Below are positions 8,967 through 18,662 of a stretch of DNA of 32,000 nt, one piece after another. The notes beneath the pieces are model-generated. The model was not told the origin of the DNA. It ran no database searches and saw nothing but the letters and a program-made list of their open reading frames with translations. Position 1 is the stretch's first letter; every line of letters starts with the position of its first letter. The stretch comes from Nitrospirota bacterium (GTDB lineage: Bacteria > Nitrospirota > Thermodesulfovibrionia > Thermodesulfovibrionales > UBA6898): contig JAKAHR010000002.1 of NCBI GenBank assembly GCA_021825365.1, positions 121,639 through 153,638 of the forward strand, in the 5' to 3' direction. The position numbers were made by a program, and so were the translations under genes.

Positions 8967-9740
8967 CTAAGCCGACTGTTTCCCCTTTTTCTGTTCGTAC
9001 ATCAGCCTGTCTCCCTCCGCCAGAAGTTCATCGATAGGGCGGGGACTCAACGGGTTGTACGAGACGATGCCGAAGCTGGCGTCGATGCTGCATATACGGT
9101 CTTTTTCTGCATTGTGGATCTCGAGGTTCCTGTTAAAGCGGGAGGTGATTACTTCTATGGTATCACCTTCCGTGCCGACGGGGATCGCGACGAACTCATC
9201 TCCCCCGATCCTGGCTATGATGTCCGATTCCCGGAAGGTCTCGTTCAGCACGGCAGCCATTTCCATCAGGGCAGCGTCTCCCTCCTGATGGCCGTAGGTG
9301 TCATTGATCGTCTTGAGATTGTCCAGGTCAGCATAGAACATAAAGATCCTCTTATGGGACCTGTTGGCCAGCTTGAATTGTTGATCAGCAAGTGTAAAGA
9401 AACCGCGGCGGTTATGGAGACCGGTCAGCTCGTCCCGCAGGGATAGCACGTGAAGCCGCTCCTCTATCCTCTTCCTCTCGTCAATTTCGTTGAGCAGGGC
9501 CGCCTCAGTACGTTTCTGTCTGGCAAAGCTTCTTGACATGATCATGCCGGTGACAAGAAAGCAAAGAGACGCAAGGAGGCGAAATGACACTTCTCTCTTA
9601 TTGAAGAGAAGGATTGTCAGGAACGGTTCGTCATAGTGGGCGAGGTAATCGACGGTCGCATCAAGCACCCAAAAACAAAGAGCTGCGACAAGGGAAAGCA
9701 GCACTACGTTCCGCGGCTTATTGATCATGGCTCCATGCAC
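8967..9740 (-). CDS. Membrane-anchored diguanylate cyclase (GGDEF domain)
   Basis: 257 aa with two N-terminal hydrophobic helices and a coiled linker. RIGGDEFV active site with an RESD I-site five residues upstream; LTGLHNRRGF motif. Confidence 0.9.
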   Translation of the reverse strand: MHGAMINKPRNVVLLSLVAALCFWVLDATVDYLAHYDEPFLTILLFNKREVSFRLLASLCFLVTGMIMSRSFARQKRTEAALLNEIDERKRIEERLHVLSLRDELTGLHNRRGFFTLADQQFKLANRSHKRIFMFYADLDNLKTINDTYGHQEGDAALMEMAAVLNETFRESDIIARIGGDEFVAIPVGTEGDTIEVITSRFNRNLEIHNAEKDRICSIDASFGIVSYNPLSPRPIDELLAEGDRLMYEQKKGKQSA

Positions 9741-9865
9741 ATGAAGTTATCTGCAGCCGAAGTCTGCGCGCCCGGCAGCCCCGGCGGCTGCGGTATTAAA
9801 TCACAATCCGCCTGTTCTTGGCAATACATTTCTAAGAAAGGAAATCTCTGGTGAGATTGCAGATC

Positions 9866-11410
9866 TTACGACAACAGCAGCTGATTCGACCTTGACCGGG
9901 ACTCCCCGACACTGCTGACATAGATGGCCGGTCTTCCGACGACCGGACACTTCGTCTCGCAGATACCGCAGCCGATACAGAGCCTGGTATCTACCCGCGG
10001 CTGCGCAACAGCCACCTCATTTCCATCCCTGTCCCTGACGCGCGCCTGCTCAAACCATATCGCCTTTTTCGGCGTCGGGCAGACCTCTTCGCACATGATG
10101 CACGGGGTGGCATGCGCCCACGGCAGGCACCTTCCCTTGTCGATCATCGCCAGCCCGATCTTCATCTTGTTCTTCTCCTCGAGATTCAGCCTTTTGATCG
10201 CGCCAGTAGGACATACCTGGCCGCATAGAGTGCAGCGGTACTCGCAGTATCCGATTCGCGGAACGAGCATCGGGGACCATATGCCCTCAATGCCCGCCTC
10301 CAGGAGCGCGGGCTGAAGCCCGTTGGTAATACAGACCTTCATGCATTCACCGCACTTCACGCACCTCCTGAGGAACTCCCCTTCCTCGAGGGAGCCGGGC
10401 GGCCGGATCAGGCTGGGGTCGGAATATCCTGTCTTCGAGAGGGGAGTCGTTCTGATCAGGGGGACGGATATCGCTCCCAAAAGCATCGAGTTGATCACCC
10501 TTCTCCTGCCGAGGTCCATGCCGGCAGTCGCCTTCTTTCCTGAAAACCCGAAACTCACCGCATTGTGGGGACAGATGTCATCGCAATTCCAGCAGTAGAG
10601 GCATTCCGAGTCTTTCCATCCCTCCTGCTTGTCAGGGTCGGCATTCCCCTGGCAGGCGGAAGCGCATGCGCCGCATGATGTGCATCCCTCTGACACGGAC
10701 CTCCTGAGGATCGAAGACCGTGACAGGAGTCCCAGGAGGGCTCCCAGGGGACAGAGGTAGCGGCACCAGAAACGGGTCTCCTTGAAATTGAGCCCGAGGA
10801 TGAGCAGGAATAGTCCGCCGACAAAGGCTGACTGAAGATAGAAAGGCTGCTGAAAAGAGAGGATGCTCTTCTTCAGGAAAGAGTAGATCAGCTCGGATGC
10901 GGTCACCAGGTAAGGGGGATTAAGATTATAGATCGCATCGAAGAGACTTCTGACGCCGTAATTCACGGTAGGGAAAAGACTTAGGGAAAAAGACCTGATC
11001 AGGAGGGAGAGGGGGTCCATGACCCCTGCCAGCTGCATGCCGAACAGGGAAGAGGCCAGGAGGCAGATGAGAATGTAGTACTTCAGCCTATACCACGGTA
11101 GTTGTTCCGGCCTGCCTCTCTTCCTCCTGAGAGCACCCACCATATTGTTGATGGTACCCAGGGGACACACCCACCCGCAAAAGACCCTGCCGAAGATGAC
11201 GGTCATCAGGATGACCGCGATAGACAGCAGGAAGGTCTTTGCTACCGAGTGGGCCGAAAAAAGTGTTGTCAGGAAGATCAGGGGATCGAAGTCCAGAAAT
11301 ACCTTGACCGGATAACCCAGTTCATCGACGCCTTTTGATTCTGTCTGTATGAAGAGGAATAGAAAGAGGACAAGAAAAAGTCCCTGGGTAATTCTCCGGA
11401 AATTCTGCAT
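9866..11410 (-). CDS. Integral-membrane polyferredoxin (NapH/MauN/NosR-like, 4Fe-4S binding)
   Basis: 514 aa with several TM helices. CGWVCPLG and CRYLCPLG motifs are typical of the NapH family. Six further Cys clusters follow (CTSCGACASAC, CLYCWNCDDICP, CVKCGECMKVC, CTLCGQVCP, CIMCEEVCP, CIGCGICETKCP). Confidence 0.85.
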   Translation of the reverse strand: MQNFRRITQGLFLVLFLFLFIQTESKGVDELGYPVKVFLDFDPLIFLTTLFSAHSVAKTFLLSIAVILMTVIFGRVFCGWVCPLGTINNMVGALRRKRGRPEQLPWYRLKYYILICLLASSLFGMQLAGVMDPLSLLIRSFSLSLFPTVNYGVRSLFDAIYNLNPPYLVTASELIYSFLKKSILSFQQPFYLQSAFVGGLFLLILGLNFKETRFWCRYLCPLGALLGLLSRSSILRRSVSEGCTSCGACASACQGNADPDKQEGWKDSECLYCWNCDDICPHNAVSFGFSGKKATAGMDLGRRRVINSMLLGAISVPLIRTTPLSKTGYSDPSLIRPPGSLEEGEFLRRCVKCGECMKVCITNGLQPALLEAGIEGIWSPMLVPRIGYCEYRCTLCGQVCPTGAIKRLNLEEKNKMKIGLAMIDKGRCLPWAHATPCIMCEEVCPTPKKAIWFEQARVRDRDGNEVAVAQPRVDTRLCIGCGICETKCPVVGRPAIYVSSVGESRSRSNQLLLS

Positions 11411-11416
11411 AACCGA

Positions 11417-12325
11417 TCAGATCTTGATCTTCCTGATCCTCACCTGCGAGAGGTCCATCCTGCCGATGCCCATATGATCAGCAGCCCTGACATAGCCCAG
11501 GTCACTCCCTTTCATACCGAAGAGGGTTGCTCCGAAGGAGTCGATCGCCACCTGGTCGATTCCGGCGACCACGGTATCGAGCTTCCTGACATCAGCCAGG
11601 TTGCCGCCCTGCGGCCCATTGGCCACCAGAACGCGCACAGCATCCAGAATGGTAAGGGTCGGCTTGATGACCAGGCAAAGGTCAGCCAGACTCTCGTCGA
11701 TCTTCTGGTGGATCTGGTTCCTCGAACCGCCCATAACACCCATCCAGTTCTTCATCGACATGGTGAGTTTCGCGAGGCCATGGTGCTTTGCGATAGGGAC
11801 ATTGATTACCTTGTCAGCCTCGAAGACTTCAGTATAGAGAGGCCACGACTTCAGGGCATTCCCCTTGATCTGTTTTTCCTTGAATTTTCTGTCGTCCATG
11901 TAAAAAAGATCCGCTCCGAGCGGGCTGACGGCCTTGGGGATCCCGCTCTGAACATAGCATCTGCGCGGATCATTCACCGACCGGTCAAATACCTTCACCT
12001 TCTTTGCTCCAGCCTCTAGGCAGAGGCGTACCACCGTCGCAACTACCTCAGGGTTGGTATTCGCTGCCTGCTCGGGGAGACGGTCCCACGCCATGTTCGG
12101 CTTCACAACGACTATGTCGCCCCTCGAGACAAAACTCTTGATCCCGCCCAGCGCATCGATCGCCGCCTTTGTTATGGCTGCGGGGGATGCACCGGTCGCA
12201 ACGACGATATCAGGCCGCTCTGCAGCATCGGCGAGGTTGGTAAGCCGGAGAAGGTCCTTCGGTACCATAAGACCCGCTCCGGCCAAAGCAGATAGATGAA
12301 GAAAGGCTCTTCGATTCACCTTCAC
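11417..12325 (-). CDS. DUF362-domain protein with twin-arginine signal
   Basis: 302 aa, GTG start. MKVNRRAFLHLSALAGAGL is a Tat-type signal. GDIVVVKPNMAW and neighbouring motifs are typical of DUF362. It ends 6 nt before the polyferredoxin gene. Confidence 0.75.
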   Translation of the reverse strand: MKVNRRAFLHLSALAGAGLMVPKDLLRLTNLADAAERPDIVVATGASPAAITKAAIDALGGIKSFVSRGDIVVVKPNMAWDRLPEQAANTNPEVVATVVRLCLEAGAKKVKVFDRSVNDPRRCYVQSGIPKAVSPLGADLFYMDDRKFKEKQIKGNALKSWPLYTEVFEADKVINVPIAKHHGLAKLTMSMKNWMGVMGGSRNQIHQKIDESLADLCLVIKPTLTILDAVRVLVANGPQGGNLADVRKLDTVVAGIDQVAIDSFGATLFGMKGSDLGYVRAADHMGIGRMDLSQVRIRKIKI

Positions 12326-12473
12326 ACCACGTATTAAAATGTTATTTCATTTAATCGGACACTGTCAATGCGCCCTGTCTCCTTGGGACGTCTTCGATGT
12401 CAGCCCAGAGGGGTGATAATGCTGCGTCGCGGAGCATTACTTCAGGGCCGGGCTGTGATACACTTTTCATACT

Positions 12474-13235
12474 ATGAACTTGCTGAAGGAGTGGAAAGAA
12501 GTAAGGGCTTTCATCATTTCCCTGGTGCCGGTCATCGGCGCACTGCTCGCCCTGCTGGCGGTAGTAGGGGCGGTGATGGCCGGCTTGGGGACACGATGGG
12601 AAGTCTGGCATTTTCGCGTGGGCCTCGGCCTGCTCAAATGGTCGGCATATGCCGGCATATGCTCTCTTATTTTGTCGGCAGGCGGTATAGCTGCAGGCCT
12701 TATTTCGACTGGCCGCAGGGCCCTGGCACTTTCCATCGCCGGCTGTATTATCAGTGGTCTTGTCGTCGGCATACCCGCTTACTGGGCAAGGCAGGCCCGG
12801 CAATTGCCGGCGATTCACGATATTACGACTGATACGGTTAATCCGCCTCAGTTTGTGGCGATTCTCCCCCTGCGCATGAACGCCTCCAACCCCCCGGGGT
12901 ATGGGGGTCCTCAGATAGCCGAGCAACAGGAGGTTGCATATCCTCAGGTCCGCCCTTTGATCTATCCGGATTCCTTTGATATGACGTACGATAAGGTCTT
13001 TGTCCTTGCCAGAAGGCTTGGATGGAAGATCGTTGACGCAAGCAGGAAGGACGGTCGCATAGAGGCGGTCGATTCAACCCTCTGGTTTGGCTTCAAGGAC
13101 GACATCGTAATCCGCATCCGTCCTCTTTCCTCGGGAACACGCATAGACATCCGTTCCGTTTCCCGCGTGGGCGTCAGCGATATCGGAACCAATGCCAGAA
13201 GAATAACAAGATTCCTGCAGGCGATGGGTAAATAG
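12474..13235 (+). CDS. DUF1499-family membrane protein
   Basis: 253 aa. About four N-terminal TM helices, then a C-terminal region (..WFGFKDDIVIRIRP...IDIRSVSRVGVSDIGTNARRITRFL) characteristic of DUF1499. Confidence 0.7.
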   Translation: MNLLKEWKEVRAFIISLVPVIGALLALLAVVGAVMAGLGTRWEVWHFRVGLGLLKWSAYAGICSLILSAGGIAAGLISTGRRALALSIAGCIISGLVVGIPAYWARQARQLPAIHDITTDTVNPPQFVAILPLRMNASNPPGYGGPQIAEQQEVAYPQVRPLIYPDSFDMTYDKVFVLARRLGWKIVDASRKDGRIEAVDSTLWFGFKDDIVIRIRPLSSGTRIDIRSVSRVGVSDIGTNARRITRFLQAMGK

Positions 13236-13379
13236 CGAGCCGGCATAGTCTCGGGGATACGGGGGAAAGGCGTCTGCATCTCACCTTCTGAGACTATAAC
13301 TAATTGATATTACACAATTAATTGCCAATTCCCTTCCTGGATGATTAGCCGCGCCGAGGGTCCGCTTCGATCCGTCGAG

Positions 13380-13395
13380 TGTTCCACGTGGAACA
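13380..13395. other. parS: parS centromere-like site
   Basis: TGTTCCACGTGGAACA is a perfect 16-bp palindrome. It differs at one position from the Bacillus consensus TGTTCCACGTGAAACA. It ends 57 nt upstream of the parA ATG and is the only copy I found in the window. Confidence 0.85.
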
Positions 13396-13436
13396 ATAAT
13401 TCTCAATATTTACTCTTATTTTCTGCTGCCGGGTGG

Positions 13437-13445
13437 TGTTATAAT
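13437..13445 (+). promoter_or_regulatory. Extended -10 promoter element (TGnTATAAT) for parA
   Basis: TGTTATAAT at 13437-13445. The parA ATG (13453) starts 8 nt after the last T, with no SD in between, so the mRNA may be leaderless. Confidence 0.45.
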
Positions 13446-13452
13446 AGTCCGC

Positions 13453-14232
13453 ATGCGCAAGACCATGGCGATAGTAAACCAAAAAGGGGGAGTGGGGAAG
13501 ACCACGACCGCGATCAATCTGGCCGCATCCATCGCCCTTGCCGGAGAAAAGATCCTCCTCGTCGATATAGACCCGCAGGGCAATTCGACCTCAGGCCTCG
13601 GCATCTCCCGGGAGTCTCTCGCCAGGACACTCTATGACATCCTCTCCGGTGAATGCCCTGTGCGGGATGCGATACTTCCTACCGGGGTAGAGAATCTCTT
13701 CATCATCCCCTCTGATATCGACCTGCTGGGGACTGAAGTAGAACTCGCCGGCAAGGAGGGGAGGGAGCGGATACTGGCTGACGCCCTTGCGGATGTGTCT
13801 GATGAATTCAGGTTTATCTTTATCGATTGTCCCCCTTCTCTCGGCATCTTGACCGTGAATGCGCTCGTTGCAGCCGGGTCTGTCATCGTGCCGGTGCAAT
13901 GTGAGTATTATGCCCTTGAGGGTCTCGGGCTTCTGACAAGGACCCTTCGCCTCATCAGGAATTCCTTTAATCCCCTGATCGACATCGAGGGGATACTTCT
14001 CACGATGTTCGACTCAAGAAACAGCCTTTCCCACCAGGTCGCGGCTGAAATACAGAAACATTTCGGTAACAAGGTATATAAGACGATCATCCCGCGGAAC
14101 GTTGCACTGTCTGAGGCCCCCAGCCACGGCAAGCCCGTGCTTCTTTATGACGTGCGGTCCAGGGGGGCCCAGAGTTATCTCGCATTGGCAAAGGAGATGC
14201 TGAATGAAACCAGCGTTGGGCAAGGGGCTTAA
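13453..14232 (+). CDS. parA: Chromosome partitioning ATPase ParA/Soj
   Basis: 259 aa with a deviant Walker A ([16 protein letters not shown]) and DIDPQGN and IDCPPSLG motifs. Confidence 0.95.
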   Translation: MRKTMAIVNQKGGVGKTTTAINLAASIALAGEKILLVDIDPQGNSTSGLGISRESLARTLYDILSGECPVRDAILPTGVENLFIIPSDIDLLGTEVELAGKEGRERILADALADVSDEFRFIFIDCPPSLGILTVNALVAAGSVIVPVQCEYYALEGLGLLTRTLRLIRNSFNPLIDIEGILLTMFDSRNSLSHQVAAEIQKHFGNKVYKTIIPRNVALSEAPSHGKPVLLYDVRSRGAQSYLALAKEMLNETSVGQGA

Positions 14233-15022
14233 TGCCCTCATCCCTGAGAAGGGTGAAGAGGTTCTTTTTCTGGACATCGACCGGATACTCCCGGGCCGGC
14301 AGCAGCCTAGAAAGGTCTTTCATGAGGAGGCACTAAAGGAACTTTCAGCCTCAATCAGGGAAAGAGGGGTGCTCCAGCCTATCATCGTGTCGAGGACCGG
14401 CGATGGCTCTTTCAACCTCATTGCAGGTGAGCGCAGATGGAGGGCTGCCACAATGGCCGGCCTCAAGAAGATCCCTGCGCTTATCAAGAACGTGGCATCC
14501 AAAGACTCTCTCGAGATAGCCCTGATCGAAAACATACAGCGTGAGGATCTCAACCCTGTCGAAACAGCAGAGGCATTCAACCGCCTCATAAAGGATTTCA
14601 GCCTTACCCAGGATGAGCTCTCGGACAAGGTCGGAAAAGACCGGGCGACTGTCGCAAACTATCTCCGGCTCCTCAAACTTCCTGACGAGATAAAGACCCT
14701 CCTTTACAACGGCACGCTGAGCATGGGACATGCCCGCGCGATCCTGGCGATAGAAGGACGGACAAGACAGGTGGAGGCCGCCCGGAAGATTATCAAGGGC
14801 GGACTCAGCGTCCGTGAGGCTGAAAAACTGGCAAAGGCGACATCATCGCCTGCGAAAGCTGCTGGCGCAAAAGACGCCCAAATCGCTGCCCTGGAGGAAA
14901 GGCTGATCAAACACCTCGGCACCAAGGTCAGGATAAATCATAAAGGAAAGCGTGGCAGGATAGAGATAGACTATTATTCGCTCGAAGAACTCGACCGTCT
15001 CCTGGAGATCCTGCAGGGATGA
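14204..15022 (+). CDS. parB: Chromosome partitioning protein ParB/Spo0J
   Basis: 272 aa. N-terminal GKGLNALIP, ParB box GERRWRAA, an HTH region ([26 protein letters not shown]) and a C-terminal dimerisation segment. It overlaps parA by 29 nt. Confidence 0.95.
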   Translation: MKPALGKGLNALIPEKGEEVLFLDIDRILPGRQQPRKVFHEEALKELSASIRERGVLQPIIVSRTGDGSFNLIAGERRWRAATMAGLKKIPALIKNVASKDSLEIALIENIQREDLNPVETAEAFNRLIKDFSLTQDELSDKVGKDRATVANYLRLLKLPDEIKTLLYNGTLSMGHARAILAIEGRTRQVEAARKIIKGGLSVREAEKLAKATSSPAKAAGAKDAQIAALEERLIKHLGTKVRINHKGKRGRIEIDYYSLEELDRLLEILQG

Positions 15023-15543
15023 AAAATATATTGATAACCGGACAACCCGGCACAGGCAAGACCCTTCTCCTTAAGAGACTTGCGGACATCTTCAAGGAGT
15101 TTAATCCCCAGGGATTTCTGACCTTAGAGCTCAAGGAAGAAGGGGTAGTCACCGGCTTTGGCGTCATCAGCCTTTCCGGAGAGAGCAAGATCATCTCTCA
15201 CCCGGGTCTTAAGTCTAAACATACTGTCGGCAAATTCAAGATCGATTTGAAGGGTTTCGAGACCTTCCTGGCCAGTGCGATCACCATGGACAGGAAGACC
15301 GGACTCTTCTTTATCGATGAGATCGGGAAGGTGGAATGTCAGTCAAAGAAGTTCTGCAAACTGGTTATCGAACTTTTCAATTCGGATCATCCGGTCGTCG
15401 CCTCGATGGCTGACAAGGGGTCTGCCTTTATTCAGGAGATCAAGAAGCGGGATGACATCCGGCTGGTTGAGCTGACGCCCGAAAACCGGGATCTGCTCCT
15501 GAAGGAGCTGACCATGGAGATCAGGGACCTCCTCCTTGAATAG
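15019..15543 (+). CDS. THEP1-like nucleoside-triphosphatase (NTPase_1 family P-loop protein)
   Basis: 174 aa. Walker A ITGQPGTGKT, Walker B LFFIDEIGKVE. Size and layout match the small THEP1/NTPase family. The start overlaps the parB stop (ATGA). Confidence 0.7.
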   Translation: MKNILITGQPGTGKTLLLKRLADIFKEFNPQGFLTLELKEEGVVTGFGVISLSGESKIISHPGLKSKHTVGKFKIDLKGFETFLASAITMDRKTGLFFIDEIGKVECQSKKFCKLVIELFNSDHPVVASMADKGSAFIQEIKKRDDIRLVELTPENRDLLLKELTMEIRDLLLE

Positions 15544-16725
15544 ATGCCGCCACCCGTAAGCATCGGCCTCGATCTTATCGGCAGGAAGTGGCCTCGCCGA
15601 CTCTCCGGAGCAAGGGCCGGCTTAGTAGTCCATCCCGCTTCTGTCAACAGGAGCCTCGTTCATGCCTCGTCTCTGCTCCTGAAGTCAACGCGCCTGCGTC
15701 TCACCGCCCTTTTCGGCCCACAGCACGGTATTTGGGGAGAAACTCAGGACAATATGATTGAGTGGGAGGGATTCAGGGATAAGATGACCGGCCTTCCCGT
15801 ATACAGCCTGTACGGCCGCCATCGAAAGCCCTCCGGCGAGATGCTCCGAGACATCGATGTCATGGTAATAGACCTTCAGGATGTGGGGGCCAGGTATTAC
15901 ACCTTTATCTGGACGATGGCCCTGATCATGGAGGCCTGTTCAGAGGCCGGCAAGTCAGTCGTTGTTCTCGACAGACCAAACCCGATCAGTGGCCGGCATG
16001 TGGAGGGGCCTCTTCTGGAGACCGCCTACCGTTCCTTTGTCGGCCTCCACAGCCTTCCGGTCCGTCATGGGATGACGATCGGAGAAATCGCCCTTTACGT
16101 CAGGGATCGGCACTATCAGACCCTCGATCTGCATGTAATCCCGATGCAGGGATGGAAGAGAGGCATGTGGCATGACATGACCGGGCTGAAATGGGTCCTC
16201 CCTTCTCCAAATATCCCTACACTGGATTCAGCAACCGCTTACCCTGGTATGTGCCTCCTTGAGGGAACCGGCCTGAGTGAAGGCCGGGGAACCACGCGGC
16301 CCTTCGAGATCTTCGGAGCACCTTTCATAGACCCCCAAGACCTTGCCGGAAGAATGAAAGACTATCGGCTTCCCGGCGTCATCTTCAGGCCTCTCTATTT
16401 CCAGCCAACCTTCCAGAAACATGCGGGAAAGTTATGTGGGGGATGCCAGATACACGTTACCGACAGAGAGGTTCTCCGGCCATTTCAGCTGGCGGCTGCG
16501 ATACTGAGGGCTGTTCGAGAGCTCTATCCGGGGAGCTTTACTTGGAAGAGCCCGCCTTACGAATATGAAGATCGGCTCATGCCCATTGACATACTCTCCG
16601 GCTCAGATAGTCTCAGAAAAGACATTGAAGCCGGAATTTCCCTGGATAAGATGTCCAATAGGTGGCTCGCTGATAGTAGCCGATTCGATAAGGAGATTCG
16701 AAGGTCATATCTTCTCTACCGATGA
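15544..16725 (+). CDS. namZ: DUF1343 protein, probable exo-beta-N-acetylmuramidase (NamZ family)
   Basis: 393 aa with the motifs GLD.L, LFGPQHG and VIDLQDVGARYYTF, typical of DUF1343. Its ATG immediately follows the NTPase stop. Confidence 0.75.
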   Translation: MPPPVSIGLDLIGRKWPRRLSGARAGLVVHPASVNRSLVHASSLLLKSTRLRLTALFGPQHGIWGETQDNMIEWEGFRDKMTGLPVYSLYGRHRKPSGEMLRDIDVMVIDLQDVGARYYTFIWTMALIMEACSEAGKSVVVLDRPNPISGRHVEGPLLETAYRSFVGLHSLPVRHGMTIGEIALYVRDRHYQTLDLHVIPMQGWKRGMWHDMTGLKWVLPSPNIPTLDSATAYPGMCLLEGTGLSEGRGTTRPFEIFGAPFIDPQDLAGRMKDYRLPGVIFRPLYFQPTFQKHAGKLCGGCQIHVTDREVLRPFQLAAAILRAVRELYPGSFTWKSPPYEYEDRLMPIDILSGSDSLRKDIEAGISLDKMSNRWLADSSRFDKEIRRSYLLYR

Positions 16726-18662
16726 AAAATGTAAACGCATTCATCCTTGCTTCCGGACGCGGAGAACGTCTCAGACCGATAACCGATCATTTGCCAAAAC
16801 CATTACTTCCCGTGCTGGGCAAGCCGGTCATCCAGAAAGTCCTAGAGAAACTCTCTGCCCTCGAAATTGCGTCAATAGGTGTAAATATCTGTTATCAAAG
16901 GGATTTTATGCAGAAATGGCTGACCTCTTCAGACTTCGCAGGAAAGATTATAATCTTTCCTGAGCCCGAAATCCTCGGCACAGGGGGGGCACTCAAGAAC
17001 GCCGAGACATTCTTGGGGCAGAACCATTTCATTACGCATAATGCAGATATCCTTTCAGACATCGACGTTCAGCTTCTGCTTGAGAGGCACCTGCATTCAG
17101 GCGATCTTGTCACCCTCGCTGTGCACCGTAAAGATGAATTTAACAATGTATGGGTTGATAAGAAGGGACGGCTTCTTCACATAGGAAAGGAGCCCCCCGG
17201 GAACAACAATGGTCACCGGTGTGTCGCCTTCACCGGCATAGCAGCCTATTCTCCTGAGTTCCTGAAGCTGATTCCCGCGGGCATATCGCATGTTCCGGAG
17301 ACTTGGATGAAGGCGGCATTCTCCCGGAGGGTCGGCACGATGGACTTTTCAGGCTGCAGTTGGAGGGATATCGGTACCCCCGCAGCATATGCCGAGGCGG
17401 TCTTTGAGGCTCTCTCGACAGATGGCGAGTCAGTCTATGTCCATCCGACCGCCCATTGCGGGGCAGCTATCCTTGGGGCAAAGACTGTGCTTGAGGAGAA
17501 GGTCGTCCTGACAGGCAACTGCTCACTGAGAAACAGCATTCTATTTGCAGGCGCCCTGATAGCTCCTGGCGCACACCTCGAAAATGCGATTATCGGCCCG
17601 GACTATGTATTGCCCCTTCAGGAGCGTCTCGCCCTCCCCCCGTCGCTGGCATCATCCGTTGTTTCTGACTTTATATCAGACGAAACCGCTACAACCAAAA
17701 TGACGCTGATCGGCTCTGGAGGGTCTGACCGAAAATACTTCAGAATTTCAGACGGCAGCAAGACAGCGGTGCTGATGCAGTGCCCGCCCTCTGACCCGGA
17801 CTATCAGAGACATATCATCTACACCCGCTTTTTCCGGAATAACTCGGTGCCGGTGCCCGAACTCCTCGCAGCAGAGGGCGACAGGGGGCTGAATCCGGCC
17901 TTTTCAAGCAGAGGACACTCGTATGCGCTATTCGAATACCTCGGAGATCTTTCCCTCTATTCCTGGCTGCAGTGCCGCAGAAAGACGGAGTTGGTGGAGA
18001 AGATGTACCAAAGGGTCCTCGATATCCTCGTCAGGATTCATACGGATGTCACAAGAAGCGTCGCTGATTGCCTGCTCCTGAAATCCAGGCTTTTTGATTA
18101 CGACCATCTCCGCTGGGAGACGGATTACTTCATCGACCGTTTTGTCCACGGCTTGAAGGGAATGACGCTAACGAACAGGAAGGCCCTTGTCCACGAATTT
18201 CATGAACTGGCCCTCCGGGTAGACTACTTCCCCAAGACAGTAATCCACAGGGACTTCCAGTCTCAAAATATCATGATCGCCGAGGGCGACACTCCCCGTA
18301 TCATCGACTACCAGGGCGCGCGCATGGGCCCGCCCGCCTATGATCTCGCCTCCCTCTTATGGGACCCCTATGTCGAGCTCGGCGGTCCCCTGCGCGAACG
18401 TCTTCTCGCCTACTATATCGACAAATTCGTGGCTTCCTCCCAGGCACTCGCAAGAGAGGACTTTCTGCGGACACTGCTGCCCTGCCGGCTCCAGAGACAT
18501 ATGCAGGCCCTCGGTGCCTACGGCTATCTATCCAGGGAAAAACAAAAGACATATTTTCTCAAGTATATCCCCCGCTGCCTCTCCTATCTGCGCAGCGAAA
18601 CGGACATGGTCAGCGGCGAATTTCCCGCGCTTCACAACCTCGTACAGGGCATCGGTGGATAA
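16722..18662 (+). CDS. Fusion protein: sugar-1-phosphate nucleotidyltransferase (MurU-like), hexapeptide-repeat segment and AmgK-like anomeric sugar kinase (APH fold)
   Basis: 646 aa. N-terminus: AFILASGRGERLRPITDHLPKPLLPV (NTP-transferase signature). Middle: left-handed beta-helix-like repeats. C-terminus: HRDFQSQNIMI (Brenner motif) and IIDYQGARMGPPAYDLASLL, close to the AmgK pattern. ATGA overlap with namZ. Confidence 0.75.
   Translation: MKNVNAFILASGRGERLRPITDHLPKPLLPVLGKPVIQKVLEKLSALEIASIGVNICYQRDFMQKWLTSSDFAGKIIIFPEPEILGTGGALKNAETFLGQNHFITHNADILSDIDVQLLLERHLHSGDLVTLAVHRKDEFNNVWVDKKGRLLHIGKEPPGNNNGHRCVAFTGIAAYSPEFLKLIPAGISHVPETWMKAAFSRRVGTMDFSGCSWRDIGTPAAYAEAVFEALSTDGESVYVHPTAHCGAAILGAKTVLEEKVVLTGNCSLRNSILFAGALIAPGAHLENAIIGPDYVLPLQERLALPPSLASSVVSDFISDETATTKMTLIGSGGSDRKYFRISDGSKTAVLMQCPPSDPDYQRHIIYTRFFRNNSVPVPELLAAEGDRGLNPAFSSRGHSYALFEYLGDLSLYSWLQCRRKTELVEKMYQRVLDILVRIHTDVTRSVADCLLLKSRLFDYDHLRWETDYFIDRFVHGLKGMTLTNRKALVHEFHELALRVDYFPKTVIHRDFQSQNIMIAEGDTPRIIDYQGARMGPPAYDLASLLWDPYVELGGPLRERLLAYYIDKFVASSQALAREDFLRTLLPCRLQRHMQALGAYGYLSREKQKTYFLKYIPRCLSYLRSETDMVSGEFPALHNLVQGIGG

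Noticed and set aside
12724-12740. TGGCAC-containing sigma-54-like sequence inside the DUF1499 gene
   Set aside because: The GC of the -12 element is displaced by one nucleotide. It lies in the middle of a coding region with no downstream gene start.
13236-13452. AT-rich intergenic region with parS considered as oriC
   Set aside because: There is no cluster of DnaA boxes (TTATCCACA-like) and no dnaA, dnaN or rsmG nearby. A single parS only suggests origin proximity.
18340-18654. Upstream 105 codons of the 282-aa ORF overlapping the AmgK-like domain
   Set aside because: This is an out-of-frame overlap with a motif-rich kinase domain, and the composition is Pro/Ser/Arg/Cys-rich. The UPF0158-like sequence only begins near 18655.
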